A program made the position numbers and the translations under genes. A DNA stretch of 64,000 bases from a virus. The stretch lies in IMG/VR virus record IMGVR_UViG_3300021093_000006, one strand, 5' to 3'. The notes under the pieces were generated by a model. The model searched no databases and had not been told where the DNA came from. It was given only the letters and a program-made list of their open reading frames with translations. Of the stretch, positions 19,778 to 29,800 are shown piece by piece. Numbering within the stretch: the first letter of the stretch is position 1; every line of letters begins with the position of its first letter.

Positions 19778-19843
19778 TTAATTTTTTTTATTATTAATTT
19801 TTGGTGTGTAAATTCCTATATGACTTAATTTGTAACTCATCAT
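19778..19843 (-). CDS. Possible 21-aa microprotein MMSYKLSHIGIYTPKINNKKN
   Basis: A-rich upstream (AAAAAAATAAAAAAATG) like other starts; occupies the dnaB-nrdJ gap. Could be chance. Confidence 0.3.
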   Translation of the reverse strand: MMSYKLSHIGIYTPKINNKKN

Positions 19844-19861
19844 TTTTTTATTTTTTTTACT

Positions 19862-21244
19862 TTAATTAAGTGATTCTCTTTTTTTGTTTAAAGTTTCTTG
19901 TATAAAATTAGAATCTTTTTTCTTAGACAATTTATCATGTTCTAATAACGTTATATCTCTACTATCACTAGTATCAATAACTAATGTACCATTATCAAAT
20001 AAAATGTCTTCAAATACAACACCGTCTTTACCAAATCTAGATTTAAGTATAGCTAAAGTAGCTCTTCCTTGTTCTTTTTGATCCAATGTTTTAGCTGCCG
20101 ATAAAATAAAATGCCCAATCTGTCCTTTTTTAATAGAACCACCCATCATATTTGCCTCTACTAATTCCGCACCAATAGCACTTCTGTTACCTTGTACTGC
20201 AGTCCATCCTGCCACCCCTAATTCAGATACCATAGTTTCAAATTGTCTCATTACATTACCTTCACCACTAAATTCATCTTTAAATTGTTTATTTGGCTGA
20301 ACACAGTCAATGTAATCTAAGAAAATAACATCAGGTTTAATACCATTAGAAATTAATTTTTTAAGATATTGTCTAATATGTGGTATTGTTGTCCCATCAC
20401 TAGGCATTCTTTTTAAAATTAAATTTCCAGGTAATTCTTGAAAATTAGATAACTTTTGTTCTACTTCATCACTTCTGTCTTCTAATTCACTCAAAGGTAC
20501 TTCAGTAAAACATGTGTAATGTTTTCTTTGAATAACTTCTGTAGTATCCTCAAAGAATATTTGTACAACATTTTTACCCATCTTAAATGCAGTATTTGCC
20601 ATTCTAGTCATCAATGTAGTTTTACCTACACCAAACGCCGCCAAAATAACTCCTATCTCACCTTTTGATAAACCTCCACCCATTAAATTATCTATACCAA
20701 TTAATCCTGTTGGGATAGGGTTTCTAAAATCCGCAGATAAAACGTTTTTAATTCCGTGAAAAACATCCACACCATTGTCTTTTTCTGTACCCACAGTTAT
20801 AGCTTGTTTAACTATTTCTTCACACTCATCATATCTATCAAAATCTCCAGTATCTAAAATTTTCTGAATTTTTAAAGTAGCCTTCTTAAGCTCTTGTTGT
20901 TTGCAAAACTTAATGGCAACGTCTTGTGTGTGTAAACAATCCTTATTATCTGAATCTTTAACTTCTTTAATTAACTCATTTGCTGACTCTCTGGTAATTT
21001 CTCTTCTTACTTCTGTTTTAACAAGGTTAAAGATGGTATCATAAGACGGTATGGTTTCATATTTTTCATAGTAGTTTTTAACACTAGCAACAACTAATCT
21101 CATATATTCATTATCAAAATAATTTGGGTCAATTATTGAAATAATACTTTCTGAAAATTTTTGATCCTCTATTAATTGTTTTACTAGTTTTATTTGGAAA
21201 CTATATCCTAAATAACCTAAATTAGAACTTTCATTTTTCGCCAT
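19862..21244 (-). CDS. dnaB: Replicative DnaB-like helicase (T4 gp41-like)
   Basis: PIPTGLIGIDNLMGGGL, Walker A ILAAFGVGKT, FFED, Walker B FLDYID, TAVQGNR, LKSRFG. Confidence 0.9.
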   Translation of the reverse strand: MAKNESSNLGYLGYSFQIKLVKQLIEDQKFSESIISIIDPNYFDNEYMRLVVASVKNYYEKYETIPSYDTIFNLVKTEVRREITRESANELIKEVKDSDNKDCLHTQDVAIKFCKQQELKKATLKIQKILDTGDFDRYDECEEIVKQAITVGTEKDNGVDVFHGIKNVLSADFRNPIPTGLIGIDNLMGGGLSKGEIGVILAAFGVGKTTLMTRMANTAFKMGKNVVQIFFEDTTEVIQRKHYTCFTEVPLSELEDRSDEVEQKLSNFQELPGNLILKRMPSDGTTIPHIRQYLKKLISNGIKPDVIFLDYIDCVQPNKQFKDEFSGEGNVMRQFETMVSELGVAGWTAVQGNRSAIGAELVEANMMGGSIKKGQIGHFILSAAKTLDQKEQGRATLAILKSRFGKDGVVFEDILFDNGTLVIDTSDSRDITLLEHDKLSKKKDSNFIQETLNKKRESLN

Positions 21245-21251
21245 AACGTTT

Positions 21252-21749
21252 TTAGATTTGGTTATTAATAAATATCTTAGTTAAGTCATAATCACCATAA
21301 TTTTTTGTATAATTTTTTTGACTTAATCCTATTTGTATGATTTCAATGATTTTAGGTATAATTTTTCTTATATCTACATCATATCTTACTTTTGGTGGAA
21401 AATCATTTCCTGTGAAAATCTTTTTAATTATTACTCTATTATTGATTTTTATTTGGAAAGTAAAAAAATCTTCATTTTCGTAAATGTCTCTCACTCCATA
21501 TTCTTCATTGTTATTATTTTCTGCAAAATAACTATAATATTTATACAAATACTCATAAGTATTGTTTTTAAAATGTAATTTAATTACATTTACTACATCA
21601 TCTATTACATCTTTTAAATCTAAAGAACTTAAACTTTCTCTATTAAAATTTTTTATTGGGAAATTCCTTCCAACAATAGGATTACCGTTAATCATAAATA
21701 AGAATTCATATGGGTAACTTTGATAACTATTTTTCATATTTGTATTCAT
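21252..21749 (-). CDS. Hypothetical protein (165 aa)
   Basis: ORF track; 4-nt overlap with the upstream exonuclease gene. Confidence 0.65.
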   Translation of the reverse strand: MNTNMKNSYQSYPYEFLFMINGNPIVGRNFPIKNFNRESLSSLDLKDVIDDVVNVIKLHFKNNTYEYLYKYYSYFAENNNNEEYGVRDIYENEDFFTFQIKINNRVIIKKIFTGNDFPPKVRYDVDIRKIIPKIIEIIQIGLSQKNYTKNYGDYDLTKIFINNQI

Positions 21750-22789
21750 TTTAAACTGTTATAATATTTTTTTTCTTTTTTTATTAATGAAAGAAATGGT
21801 TGTAGAAAATTTAAATACCCATCTTGTCCTCCAGGTATTGCCATCATTAAACCATCTTCCATCATCATTTTAATTACATTTTTAATTTCTCTACCTTCAG
21901 GATCAATTGTTGTTGACATTAAATAATCTAAATCTGATTTTGTGTTTTCTGTTATGATAGGGTTACTTAAATCAATTATCTTTTGATTTATTTCAAATAT
22001 ATTTTCTTTTTGTTTACCCTTAGTCACTTTATTTATGATATTATCTAACGATTTTAAATTACTTTTTCTATCTTTTTGTATATCTTTAATTTTACTAAAA
22101 ATATATTCCAATGTCAAAGTTTTTTCTTTAATTTCGGGAAAAAATTTCAATAAAGTTTTTTCACTTACACCTGTGATACCTTTTATATTATCACTAACAT
22201 CACCAGATATGATTTTAATTAGTTTTAAATTAGTATAGTGATGATTAAAATGTTCTAAATAATTATCTTTAGTAACTATCCTTTTTAAATTAATTACGTA
22301 AATACCAACTCTTTCTCCAATTAGTTGACACATATCTCTATCATTAGTCATTATAACAACTTTTTCATCATCTGAAATGTTTTTTATATAATAACCGATT
22401 AAATCATCTGCCTCAACAATATCATCACTATATTGTCTAATAAACAATTCCTCACAGTAAAATTTAACTCTTTCTTTTTGTAGGTATAATTCTATTTCTG
22501 ATGGTGGTTGATCATTATAAAAATCTTTATCTCTATTTGATTTATAATCTTCATAAATGTCATACCTTAACCTACCGCTAAATTGTCCATCCCAAAACAC
22601 ATATACTTTATCAAACTTATATTCATTTATAAGTTTTCTAATCATAGTAAGGAATTGAAAAATACCGCCTATGTGAGTATCTTTATAATAAAGATCTTTT
22701 GCTCCATGATAGGCGGTTTTTATTAACGAATCTCCGTCTACAATAAGTGTTTTTTGAAATGTTTTTGTTTTTCTATTTGGGATTTTCAC
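21746..22789 (-). CDS. 5'-3' exonuclease / flap endonuclease (Pol I N-terminal or T4 RNase H-like)
   Basis: LIVDGDSL, VFWDG, VEADDLIG, TNDRDMCQL, GDVSDNIKGITGVSEKT. Confidence 0.9.
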   Translation of the reverse strand: MKIPNRKTKTFQKTLIVDGDSLIKTAYHGAKDLYYKDTHIGGIFQFLTMIRKLINEYKFDKVYVFWDGQFSGRLRYDIYEDYKSNRDKDFYNDQPPSEIELYLQKERVKFYCEELFIRQYSDDIVEADDLIGYYIKNISDDEKVVIMTNDRDMCQLIGERVGIYVINLKRIVTKDNYLEHFNHHYTNLKLIKIISGDVSDNIKGITGVSEKTLLKFFPEIKEKTLTLEYIFSKIKDIQKDRKSNLKSLDNIINKVTKGKQKENIFEINQKIIDLSNPIITENTKSDLDYLMSTTIDPEGREIKNVIKMMMEDGLMMAIPGGQDGYLNFLQPFLSLIKKEKKYYNSLK

Positions 22790-22814
22790 AAACCATCATT
22801 TAATGGTTAAACAG

Positions 22815-23864
22815 TCAATCATCAGAATAATCAACAGGAGATTCTATAAAGTTCTCCTCAACAACATCAAATGAATCCTCATCACCAACAGTATCAAACA
22901 CTTCTGCCCAATAATCTTTGTTTTCTGATTTGTAATCATCAATTGATTTTTTATCATCCTCTATAAATCCGTGTGTAGTTGCTAATATTTTATTATCGGC
23001 ATAACCTAAACCATTCATATGATTTTTATGGATACCTACTTTTGTTCTAATCGCAAAATTAACTTTTCTACCTTTATTAGTGGCAGAAAGTTTAGAAACT
23101 CCAGAACTTTTTTGGTTGCCAAATAAGAATACTAATGCACAAGAAAGATAAATAGAATTACCTCCTTTTGGTTGAATAGTAGGTTGTCCGAATGGATTAT
23201 CAGGTAATGCCACCCAAGGCTGATTTACAAAAATCATAGTATTAGTATAAGGAAAACTTTCTTTTCTCGAAGAAGTAATTCTTTGAGCTAAACCCATACC
23301 CCATTTTTCTGAAATAACTCTTGCAGTATGTTGATTACCTCCTTTACCTTCAAAACTCATTTGACAAGGGATTGTACCTATTGAGTCCCATAAAAATACT
23401 ATATCATAAGGAATTTCTCCACTTTTTTGGGCATCCAATACTTCAGTTACATAATGAAAAGCTTGTTCAATATAATCAAACCCTAACTTATATAAAAGAA
23501 AACCGTCCCAATATGCACTAACTTCTCCAGTTTTTTCATCTACCTCTTCAATATATTCAGCATCTAAACCCATTTGTTTAGCATGTTCAAAACTAAATTT
23601 TTGTTCAGTAATTATAAAAACAGGTAAAACATTTTTTTTCTGCGCATCTACCGCAGTTTTAATAAGTGCAGTTGTTTTACCAGTGTCCGAATGACCTAAA
23701 AGCATGTTTATCTGACCCATAGCAGGACCTGGTAATCCTGTAGACTTTTGGAAAGCTTCCCCTAGATCAAAGTATTTTTGTTCTTTATATTTATCACTAG
23801 AGGAAAACTTTTTTCTAATAGATGAAAAATCAGAAGCTTTTTTCTTTAATGGTGTTTTAGACAT
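22815..23864 (-). CDS. recA: RecA/UvsX-like recombinase
   Basis: Walker A GHSDTGKTT, FLWDSIG, FVNQ, QPKGGNS; adjacent to SSB. Confidence 0.88.
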   Translation of the reverse strand: MSKTPLKKKASDFSSIRKKFSSSDKYKEQKYFDLGEAFQKSTGLPGPAMGQINMLLGHSDTGKTTALIKTAVDAQKKNVLPVFIITEQKFSFEHAKQMGLDAEYIEEVDEKTGEVSAYWDGFLLYKLGFDYIEQAFHYVTEVLDAQKSGEIPYDIVFLWDSIGTIPCQMSFEGKGGNQHTARVISEKWGMGLAQRITSSRKESFPYTNTMIFVNQPWVALPDNPFGQPTIQPKGGNSIYLSCALVFLFGNQKSSGVSKLSATNKGRKVNFAIRTKVGIHKNHMNGLGYADNKILATTHGFIEDDKKSIDDYKSENKDYWAEVFDTVGDEDSFDVVEENFIESPVDYSDD

Positions 23865-23873
23865 GTTTTATTA

Positions 23874-24785
23874 TTAAAACGGTAATTCATCATCGTCATC
23901 TTCTAAACTAGTAGAATAAAAATCGTCATCTTCATCTTCGTCATCTGAATCATCAGTATATTTTAAATCTTTTGTTTTAAAAGTTTCTGATTTCATCATA
24001 TTGATTTCTTCAGTTAAAGACGCAGTTTCTTTTTCTTCTTTGTCTTCTTCAGCTACAAATTTCTTTTGTTCAGAATCCCAAATTGGGGTTTTATTTGTGG
24101 CAACAATATCTAGATACTCTTGTGGTTTTTTAGAATAAACATCTCTATGTGTTTCTTCATTATTAAACCAATCATTTGCCTTTTCTTTGTCTTTTGTAAG
24201 AATAGATGTATCATCTGCCATAATAGAGTTAACTACACTATAACCTTTGTCGTTTTTACCTGTAGTTATGATAATATCTCTACCTTCTCTAGGGTCACTG
24301 ATATCACCTTTTAATTTAAATAAAGGAATGATTTTATCCATAATACCGTCACCAGTATATTTATGTTTAAATCTCCAAAATTTAACACCATCTTCTTCAT
24401 TGTCTCTGTCAATACCTTTAACAACGTAGAATTTTCTAGCAATAAATTCTTTTGCTAATTTTTTAGCCCTTTCAGAACCATCCTCATAAAGAGCGTCTTT
24501 TGCCTCACATAATGGGCAATGTTCACCATCGTTTAAATGGTTACAGTAAATTTTTTCCCATTTACCGTTAACTTGTTTTTCGTGATAATATACCTCAGTG
24601 AATGGACTACTTCCATCTTTGTTAGGTAAAATCCTAAACCTTTTAGTTTGGGATTTTACTCCTTTGGGTAATTTTTCACTAAAATACTTTTTAAGTCTGT
24701 CTTCATTAGACAACTTAGTAGTAGTTTTTTTATCTTCAGTATTTTTTTCATACTGTGATAAAATTGCATCTAAAGTTTTACTCAT
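23874..24785 (-). CDS. Single-stranded DNA-binding protein, T4 gp32-like
   Basis: RILP...FTEVYYH...C...CPLCE Zn motif, FYVVKGIDRD..DGVKFWRF, acidic tail ending DDDELPF. Confidence 0.8.
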   Translation of the reverse strand: MSKTLDAILSQYEKNTEDKKTTTKLSNEDRLKKYFSEKLPKGVKSQTKRFRILPNKDGSSPFTEVYYHEKQVNGKWEKIYCNHLNDGEHCPLCEAKDALYEDGSERAKKLAKEFIARKFYVVKGIDRDNEEDGVKFWRFKHKYTGDGIMDKIIPLFKLKGDISDPREGRDIIITTGKNDKGYSVVNSIMADDTSILTKDKEKANDWFNNEETHRDVYSKKPQEYLDIVATNKTPIWDSEQKKFVAEEDKEEKETASLTEEINMMKSETFKTKDLKYTDDSDDEDEDDDFYSTSLEDDDDELPF

Positions 24786-24812
24786 TTTTTATTTTTTAAA
24801 ATTAATAATATA

Positions 24813-24843
24813 CAATGATACTAACAAAATATTAAAAAGTCAA
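24813..24843 (-). promoter_or_regulatory. Host-type promoter TTGACT-N17-TATCATTG
   Basis: Equivalent to TTG-N20-TAnnATTG (one mismatch to the Bacteroidota -7 box); 27 nt upstream of the SSB ATG. Confidence 0.6.
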
Positions 24844-24855
24844 TATGTATATAAC

Positions 24856-24882
24856 AAAAAACCCCACTTTGTTAGTGAGGTT
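24856..24882 (-). terminator. Intrinsic terminator
   Basis: Minus-strand AACCUCACU-AACAA-AGUGGGGUU followed by a U-run, downstream of the 24903 stop. Confidence 0.7.
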
Positions 24883-24902
24883 CTTTTTTTATATCATTTG
24901 TT

Positions 24903-25619
24903 TTAATCTTTTTTTTCTGAATAATTAAACGATGCCTTTATTTGATTCCTATCAAAATTATCGACATCACTTTGTCTTAAAACATATTCATTTTCTTCTT
25001 CACCTTCTACATCGTAACCATCTTTATCTTTCCAAAAATCAGTTAATTTTACACTATATGGAAAAGAGTCCATAGATCTAAGTTCTAATCTTTCAACAGG
25101 TGTAGGATTTCTCTTTTCTATTTCCTTTTCTAACGAATCTATCTTATCAATAACTTTATCCATACCACTAACTTGTTGTTCTAACTCTGATAATTTGGCA
25201 AGTAAATCCTCCATTTTATTACTTACATTATCTACAGATTTTTTTGTTTCTTCAGTATTATCTACAATATCTGTTACATCAACTTCAATAGTATCATCAC
25301 CTTCATCCGCAAATTCATCTTCTATTTCAACTTCCTCAGCACCTGTTGTAGTTTCAGTGTCACCAGTAGTTGGTGCTTGTCCACCTTCGTCATCTGTAGT
25401 AGTTTCAGTGTCACCAGTAGTTGGTGCTTGTCCGCCTTCGTCATCTGCGACATCCATAAAAGGATCGTCACCTGCAGGATCTTGTTCAGTTAAAAAAGAA
25501 TCATCTAATAATAAATCTCCATTTAAATCTTTTTCTTTTTCTTCTGGCACATAAAAAGTATATTCTAAAAGTTGTTTATACCTTTTTAAATCTTCAGAAA
25601 TAAGTCTATTTTTATTCAT
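24903..25619 (-). CDS. Acidic coiled-coil protein with leader-like N-terminus (238 aa), possibly scaffold-like
   Basis: MNKNRLISEDLKRYKQLLEY; acidic low-complexity middle; heptad region MEDLLAKLSELEQQVSGMDKVIDKIDSLEKEIEKR. Confidence 0.65.
   Translation of the reverse strand: MNKNRLISEDLKRYKQLLEYTFYVPEEKEKDLNGDLLLDDSFLTEQDPAGDDPFMDVADDEGGQAPTTGDTETTTDDEGGQAPTTGDTETTTGAEEVEIEDEFADEGDDTIEVDVTDIVDNTEETKKSVDNVSNKMEDLLAKLSELEQQVSGMDKVIDKIDSLEKEIEKRNPTPVERLELRSMDSFPYSVKLTDFWKDKDGYDVEGEEENEYVLRQSDVDNFDRNQIKASFNYSEKKD
25348..25447. repeat. 51-bp in-frame tandem duplication (DDEGGQAPTTGDTETTT x2)
   Basis: gtttcagtgtcaccagtagttggtgcttgtcc(a/g)ccttcgtcatctg starts at 25351 and 25402; one mismatch. Confidence 0.92.
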
Positions 25620-25624
25620 ATTTT

Positions 25625-25813
25625 TTATATTAAAAGTTGTCTACCATCGTTTGTTTTGTAAACTTTATTTACTCTCTCAACAATTTCTTTTCCATCATTT
25701 ATCAAACATTCATCTCCAACACACTCTTCAGTTTGGTTTGGTTTGTTAGATAAAAAATTATCTAATTTAGATTCTAAATTTTCGCTATTTTTTTTATTTT
25801 TATTATCTTCCAT
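25625..25813 (-). CDS. Small hypothetical protein (62 aa)
   Basis: ORF track; ATATTTAT motif 17 nt upstream; tight packing. Confidence 0.6.
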   Translation of the reverse strand: MEDNKNKKNSENLESKLDNFLSNKPNQTEECVGDECLINDGKEIVERVNKVYKTNDGRQLLI

Positions 25814-25830
25814 AAATTTGTTTTTTATTA

Positions 25831-25838
25831 ATAAATAT
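25831..25838 (-). promoter_or_regulatory. Putative late promoter motif ATATTTAT
   Basis: Intergenic, 17 nt upstream of ATG 25813. Confidence 0.5.
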
Positions 25839-25845
25839 CTACTAT

Positions 25846-26256
25846 TTAAGAAAAATCTCTAACTATATCTATTATTTTTAACTCTTCATTTTTAATGATT
25901 ATAATTTTATTCTGGTATTCATCCCAATTTATTTTATAATCTAAATGATTAATGTTACCGTTTTCTAAGTAATTAATTTTTTCAATTAATTTATTTAAGG
26001 CATTAATAGTATAAAAACATTCACCTTTTTTATGGACAATTACAGTTGGTGGGATTATTGATGTGATATCCACTCTACCTTCATTTTGTAATATAACTCT
26101 ATATGTTATAAGTTTTTTATTTTTTTCTTCATAAGAATAAATAAAAACATTTTCTTCGTTTATTTTAAATCTTTTTTTTAAATATTTTTTAAAAGAATCT
26201 ATTTTATCTGTATAAATAAAAGATGCTAACGTAATAATTTTATTAGTAGTTTCCAT
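25846..26256 (-). CDS. Hypothetical protein (136 aa)
   Basis: ORF track; overlaps the upstream gene by 14 nt. Confidence 0.65.
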   Translation of the reverse strand: METTNKIITLASFIYTDKIDSFKKYLKKRFKINEENVFIYSYEEKNKKLITYRVILQNEGRVDITSIIPPTVIVHKKGECFYTINALNKLIEKINYLENGNINHLDYKINWDEYQNKIIIIKNEELKIIDIVRDFS

Positions 26257-26842
26257 TTTTAATAATATAAGGGATTAATCTATTTTTATTTTTTATTTTA
26301 TAAATAAAATCCCCATAATTATTAAATATCTCAGAATCTATCAAAACATTATTTTTTAAATTTTTTATTTTTTTAATAACTTTTTCCTTCTTATTTTCAA
26401 AATAACTAATAACATTTAAATCTATCCCAAATATTATATTATCCCCATAAACATAAACCATATTATTATCTGAAATGTATATATATGGATTAACTAGTGA
26501 AAATATTTTTTTAATTATTTTTTTATTTATCGATTTTTTACCATAAAGTAAATCTAAATATACATATGGTATGTTATTACCAAAAGTATTGTAACAAAAT
26601 TCTTTGAAACCCTCTAAATCTACTTCAAAATCAACTTTCCTTTCCTTTGGTGAAAATGTCCAAAAAGTTTTTATATTTATTGTTTTATGAAGAATAGAAA
26701 CTTTATTTTCATAAATTTTTTTTGTTAATTCCCAACCAATTATTATTGTAGGTAAATCATTGTCAATGATTTCATCTGAGTTAAACTTTTTAAATCCGTC
26801 TATACGAATTTCTGAATCTGATATTATATTTCCAAAATACAT
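26243..26842 (-). CDS. Hypothetical protein (199 aa)
   Basis: ORF track; host-type promoter immediately upstream. Confidence 0.65.
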   Translation of the reverse strand: MYFGNIISDSEIRIDGFKKFNSDEIIDNDLPTIIIGWELTKKIYENKVSILHKTINIKTFWTFSPKERKVDFEVDLEGFKEFCYNTFGNNIPYVYLDLLYGKKSINKKIIKKIFSLVNPYIYISDNNMVYVYGDNIIFGIDLNVISYFENKKEKVIKKIKNLKNNVLIDSEIFNNYGDFIYKIKNKNRLIPYIIKNGNY

Positions 26843-26846
26843 ATTG

Positions 26847-26877
26847 CAAATATAATAATTTTTTTTTAAAATGTTAA
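26847..26877 (-). promoter_or_regulatory. Host-type promoter TTAACA-N17-TATATTTG(CA)
   Basis: TATATTTGCA lies 2 nt before the ATG at 26842; -7 box matches TAnnTTTG. Confidence 0.55.
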
Positions 26878-26879
26878 GG

Positions 26880-29800
26880 TCAAGGATTAAAATAATTAAT
26901 TAATGGGTTACCATTCTTATCTGTAAATATTGTTAACACTTTTTCAAAAGTAGAAAAGACTACCTCAATACCTTTACCATTATATTGGTGTGTAATGTCT
27001 ATACATTTTTTATAAATAGTGGCAGAACCACTATTTAATGATGAATAATCGTAAGCACTTTTAGAATTTTCTTTTAGATATTTCCATATTTTTAAAGAAG
27101 TAAAAAACGCCTGTTCAGGTGTTTTAGAAAATTGTTTTGGGTCTATTTGTCCTAAATCTGAATAGATATCTGTGTATTGTTTTCTACCTACCATATAAAG
27201 GTATCCTCTAGGTCTAAATCTATAAGCATCACCCTCAAAAATATTATAATATTTAGTAGTAGCACTTAAATTAGCCTCTTGATCATTTAATTTTTTTAAT
27301 TCTTTTTCTAATTTTTCTTTTTCGGTTTTTTCAGTTGCATTATTAACATCTAAATTAGGTAATTTATCATTTATTTCTTTTTTTCTGTTTTCAATCCGAT
27401 CATTTATTAAAAATTCCTTCAAATCGTCATTACCTGGTAATAAATAAGAAATGTCATCTATAGTACCCGCAGTGAATATTGGTTGCACTTTTAAATATTT
27501 TTCATTAGATGTTGTAATGCCATAGTATTTAATTTTACCATTATTTATATCATTTTCAGGAAATCTTCTTATATAAGTTTCTTTATTTTCCGCATCCCAT
27601 TTCATTTCAGTGCTTAATAAATTTTCGGAATTAGAAAAAATTGCTGATAATGCCATAGTCACTTGAGAATTTGTTACTATTTTTTCTGACTCTAAATTAA
27701 TTCTGAAATAATCTATTAAGTTCCTTAAATTTTCATCAGTAAAACTTGTCACACCAATATTTTTAAATTTATCAATACCTGATTGACCATTAAAATTAAT
27801 GTCGAAATCAAATTTATCGTTAGGGTTTAAAACACCAATACTAAATAATTCATTTTTATTATTTAAATTGGTAAACTCTATTTTTGGTGTTTCACTACTT
27901 TCATTTAAATCAATATCTAAATCCGCAGTTATTTCTTTTGTTGGGGAAGTTTTAAATCTGGATTGTCTAACACCATCAAAGCTAGTTGACATTTCATTTG
28001 GAGAAATGCTATGTGACACACTTGTTATTAAATACGCACCATTAAAAAATGGTACATTTTGTAAGTCAAAATACATTAAAGGTTGTATATTCATACAACC
28101 CATAGCATCAACCTTACAAGTATAAGATCTAGCTTTAAATAATCTTAATAAATCTGTACCCACATATGTTTTTTGAGTACCCCCTCTCTTATCAATAATA
28201 TCAGATAATGCTGAAAAATATTCGCCAGTTTCTCTATGTTCTTGCTGACTCAAAGATAAATTTTTAAATACTGTTTGATTCTGGGCACCAAAAGATACTC
28301 TAAATGCCACTAATGATGTCTCATCTATACCAATGTTACCATTATTATCAATAAGGGCTTTATTGGTATCGGTTAAATCTGCTGGTATTTCACCAGTAGT
28401 TAAACTAAAACCATCGTCTTTAAAATAATAATTACTTCTTTCTCCTATATCTAATCTTTCTGATGCACCACCAATATATATACAACAGAATATTGGTCCT
28501 GTAGATTCATTATTTTGTAACACTGTTTGTGGTTGAAATATCTTACCTACCTCTTCTGCATTTTTGAAATTTATGTATGTAGGTAAAATTTGAAATAAAA
28601 AATTACTATCTCTTAATAATTTAGATATGAAAAAATAAACACTGGTGTTTAAATTACTACCCAAAGTAAGAAAACTTTTTAAATTAAAGGTGGCTTCATC
28701 ACCAATAAATCTCCAACCTCTATCTATAAATTTAAAATAATCAAATAAATTTTTATTATTAGGATCACCACAAATATTAAATGATTTTTCTTCACTACCA
28801 ACCCATTTATTATTTATATTTTTAAAATAGTTATATAACTGTAACTTAATAGGTGTAAGATTTTTTTTATCATTTTTAAATTCATTAGTCCCTTCTTCAC
28901 CATTTTTATTGTCTTTACCAACTTCATTAAATTTTTGTTTAAAATTAGTTATATAACTCAATAAAGAATTTTTATCTACCACTAAACCTTTGTAATTTGT
29001 TTTATTAAACTGAATTTTAACTTTATCAAATATATCTGGATTCAAAAGAATTAAATCAGTTGTCTCTTTTATTTTAGAATGGACGTATGATTTTGCTAAA
29101 TCTTTATCTTGTTTAGTTAATGTCGATTGAGTAATTAAATCGGGTACATATTTTTTTATATTTTTTTCAAAAGTACCCGTTAATGATGAATTAAAGTTTT
29201 CTGAATCTACCCAATTTTTAAATGTATTTATTAACTTATTTTTTACTGATTTTGGTAAATATAATAATTCATCTTCTAAATATTCAGACGCTATTTTATC
29301 TATTTTATTTGTTGATGATGCCGCCCTATATCCAATTCTATTTAAATAACAATTTGGTGGGGTAATAAATAATGAATAATCTTTATTATTTAAATTTGTT
29401 TTTTTAATTGGATCAGAAGTCACTAAAGATTCTTCATACCGCCATAGAAGTGCCCCAATATAATAAACATATAATTTTGGGAGGTTAATTATTCTAGCGC
29501 CATTAAAAACTAAATTATCAAAAACTGAATTTAAAAATCCTTCTTTAAAATTTCTAAATGGAAATGTTGATAATAATAATAGTGCCCTAGAATAATTAGA
29601 AGTTTGTCCTTCATATAAATCATTATCAGTCATTATATCACCATAATCTGTTTTTCCTGTATATGTTTTATTAAAATAAGTTGAGTTTATATAAAGACTA
29701 TCATTAGTTGAACCAGTAGGATTTACATCCTCTAACCTACATTTAGATAAATCACCTAAAATTAAATTATTACTATTTTTTAAAATTCTATTCCCTACTT

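Noticed and set aside
19764-19861. Cobalamin riboswitch upstream of class II RNR
   Set aside because: Only 98 bp, extremely AT-rich, with no B12-box or paired core.
24598-24906. Plus-strand 102-aa ORF
   Set aside because: Antisense to the SSB gene and runs through its promoter and a terminator; no coding features.
25348-25447. Tandem repeats as a possible CRISPR array (also 59329..59576)
   Set aside because: Units are multiples of three, in frame within proteins, and have no unique spacers or nearby cas genes.
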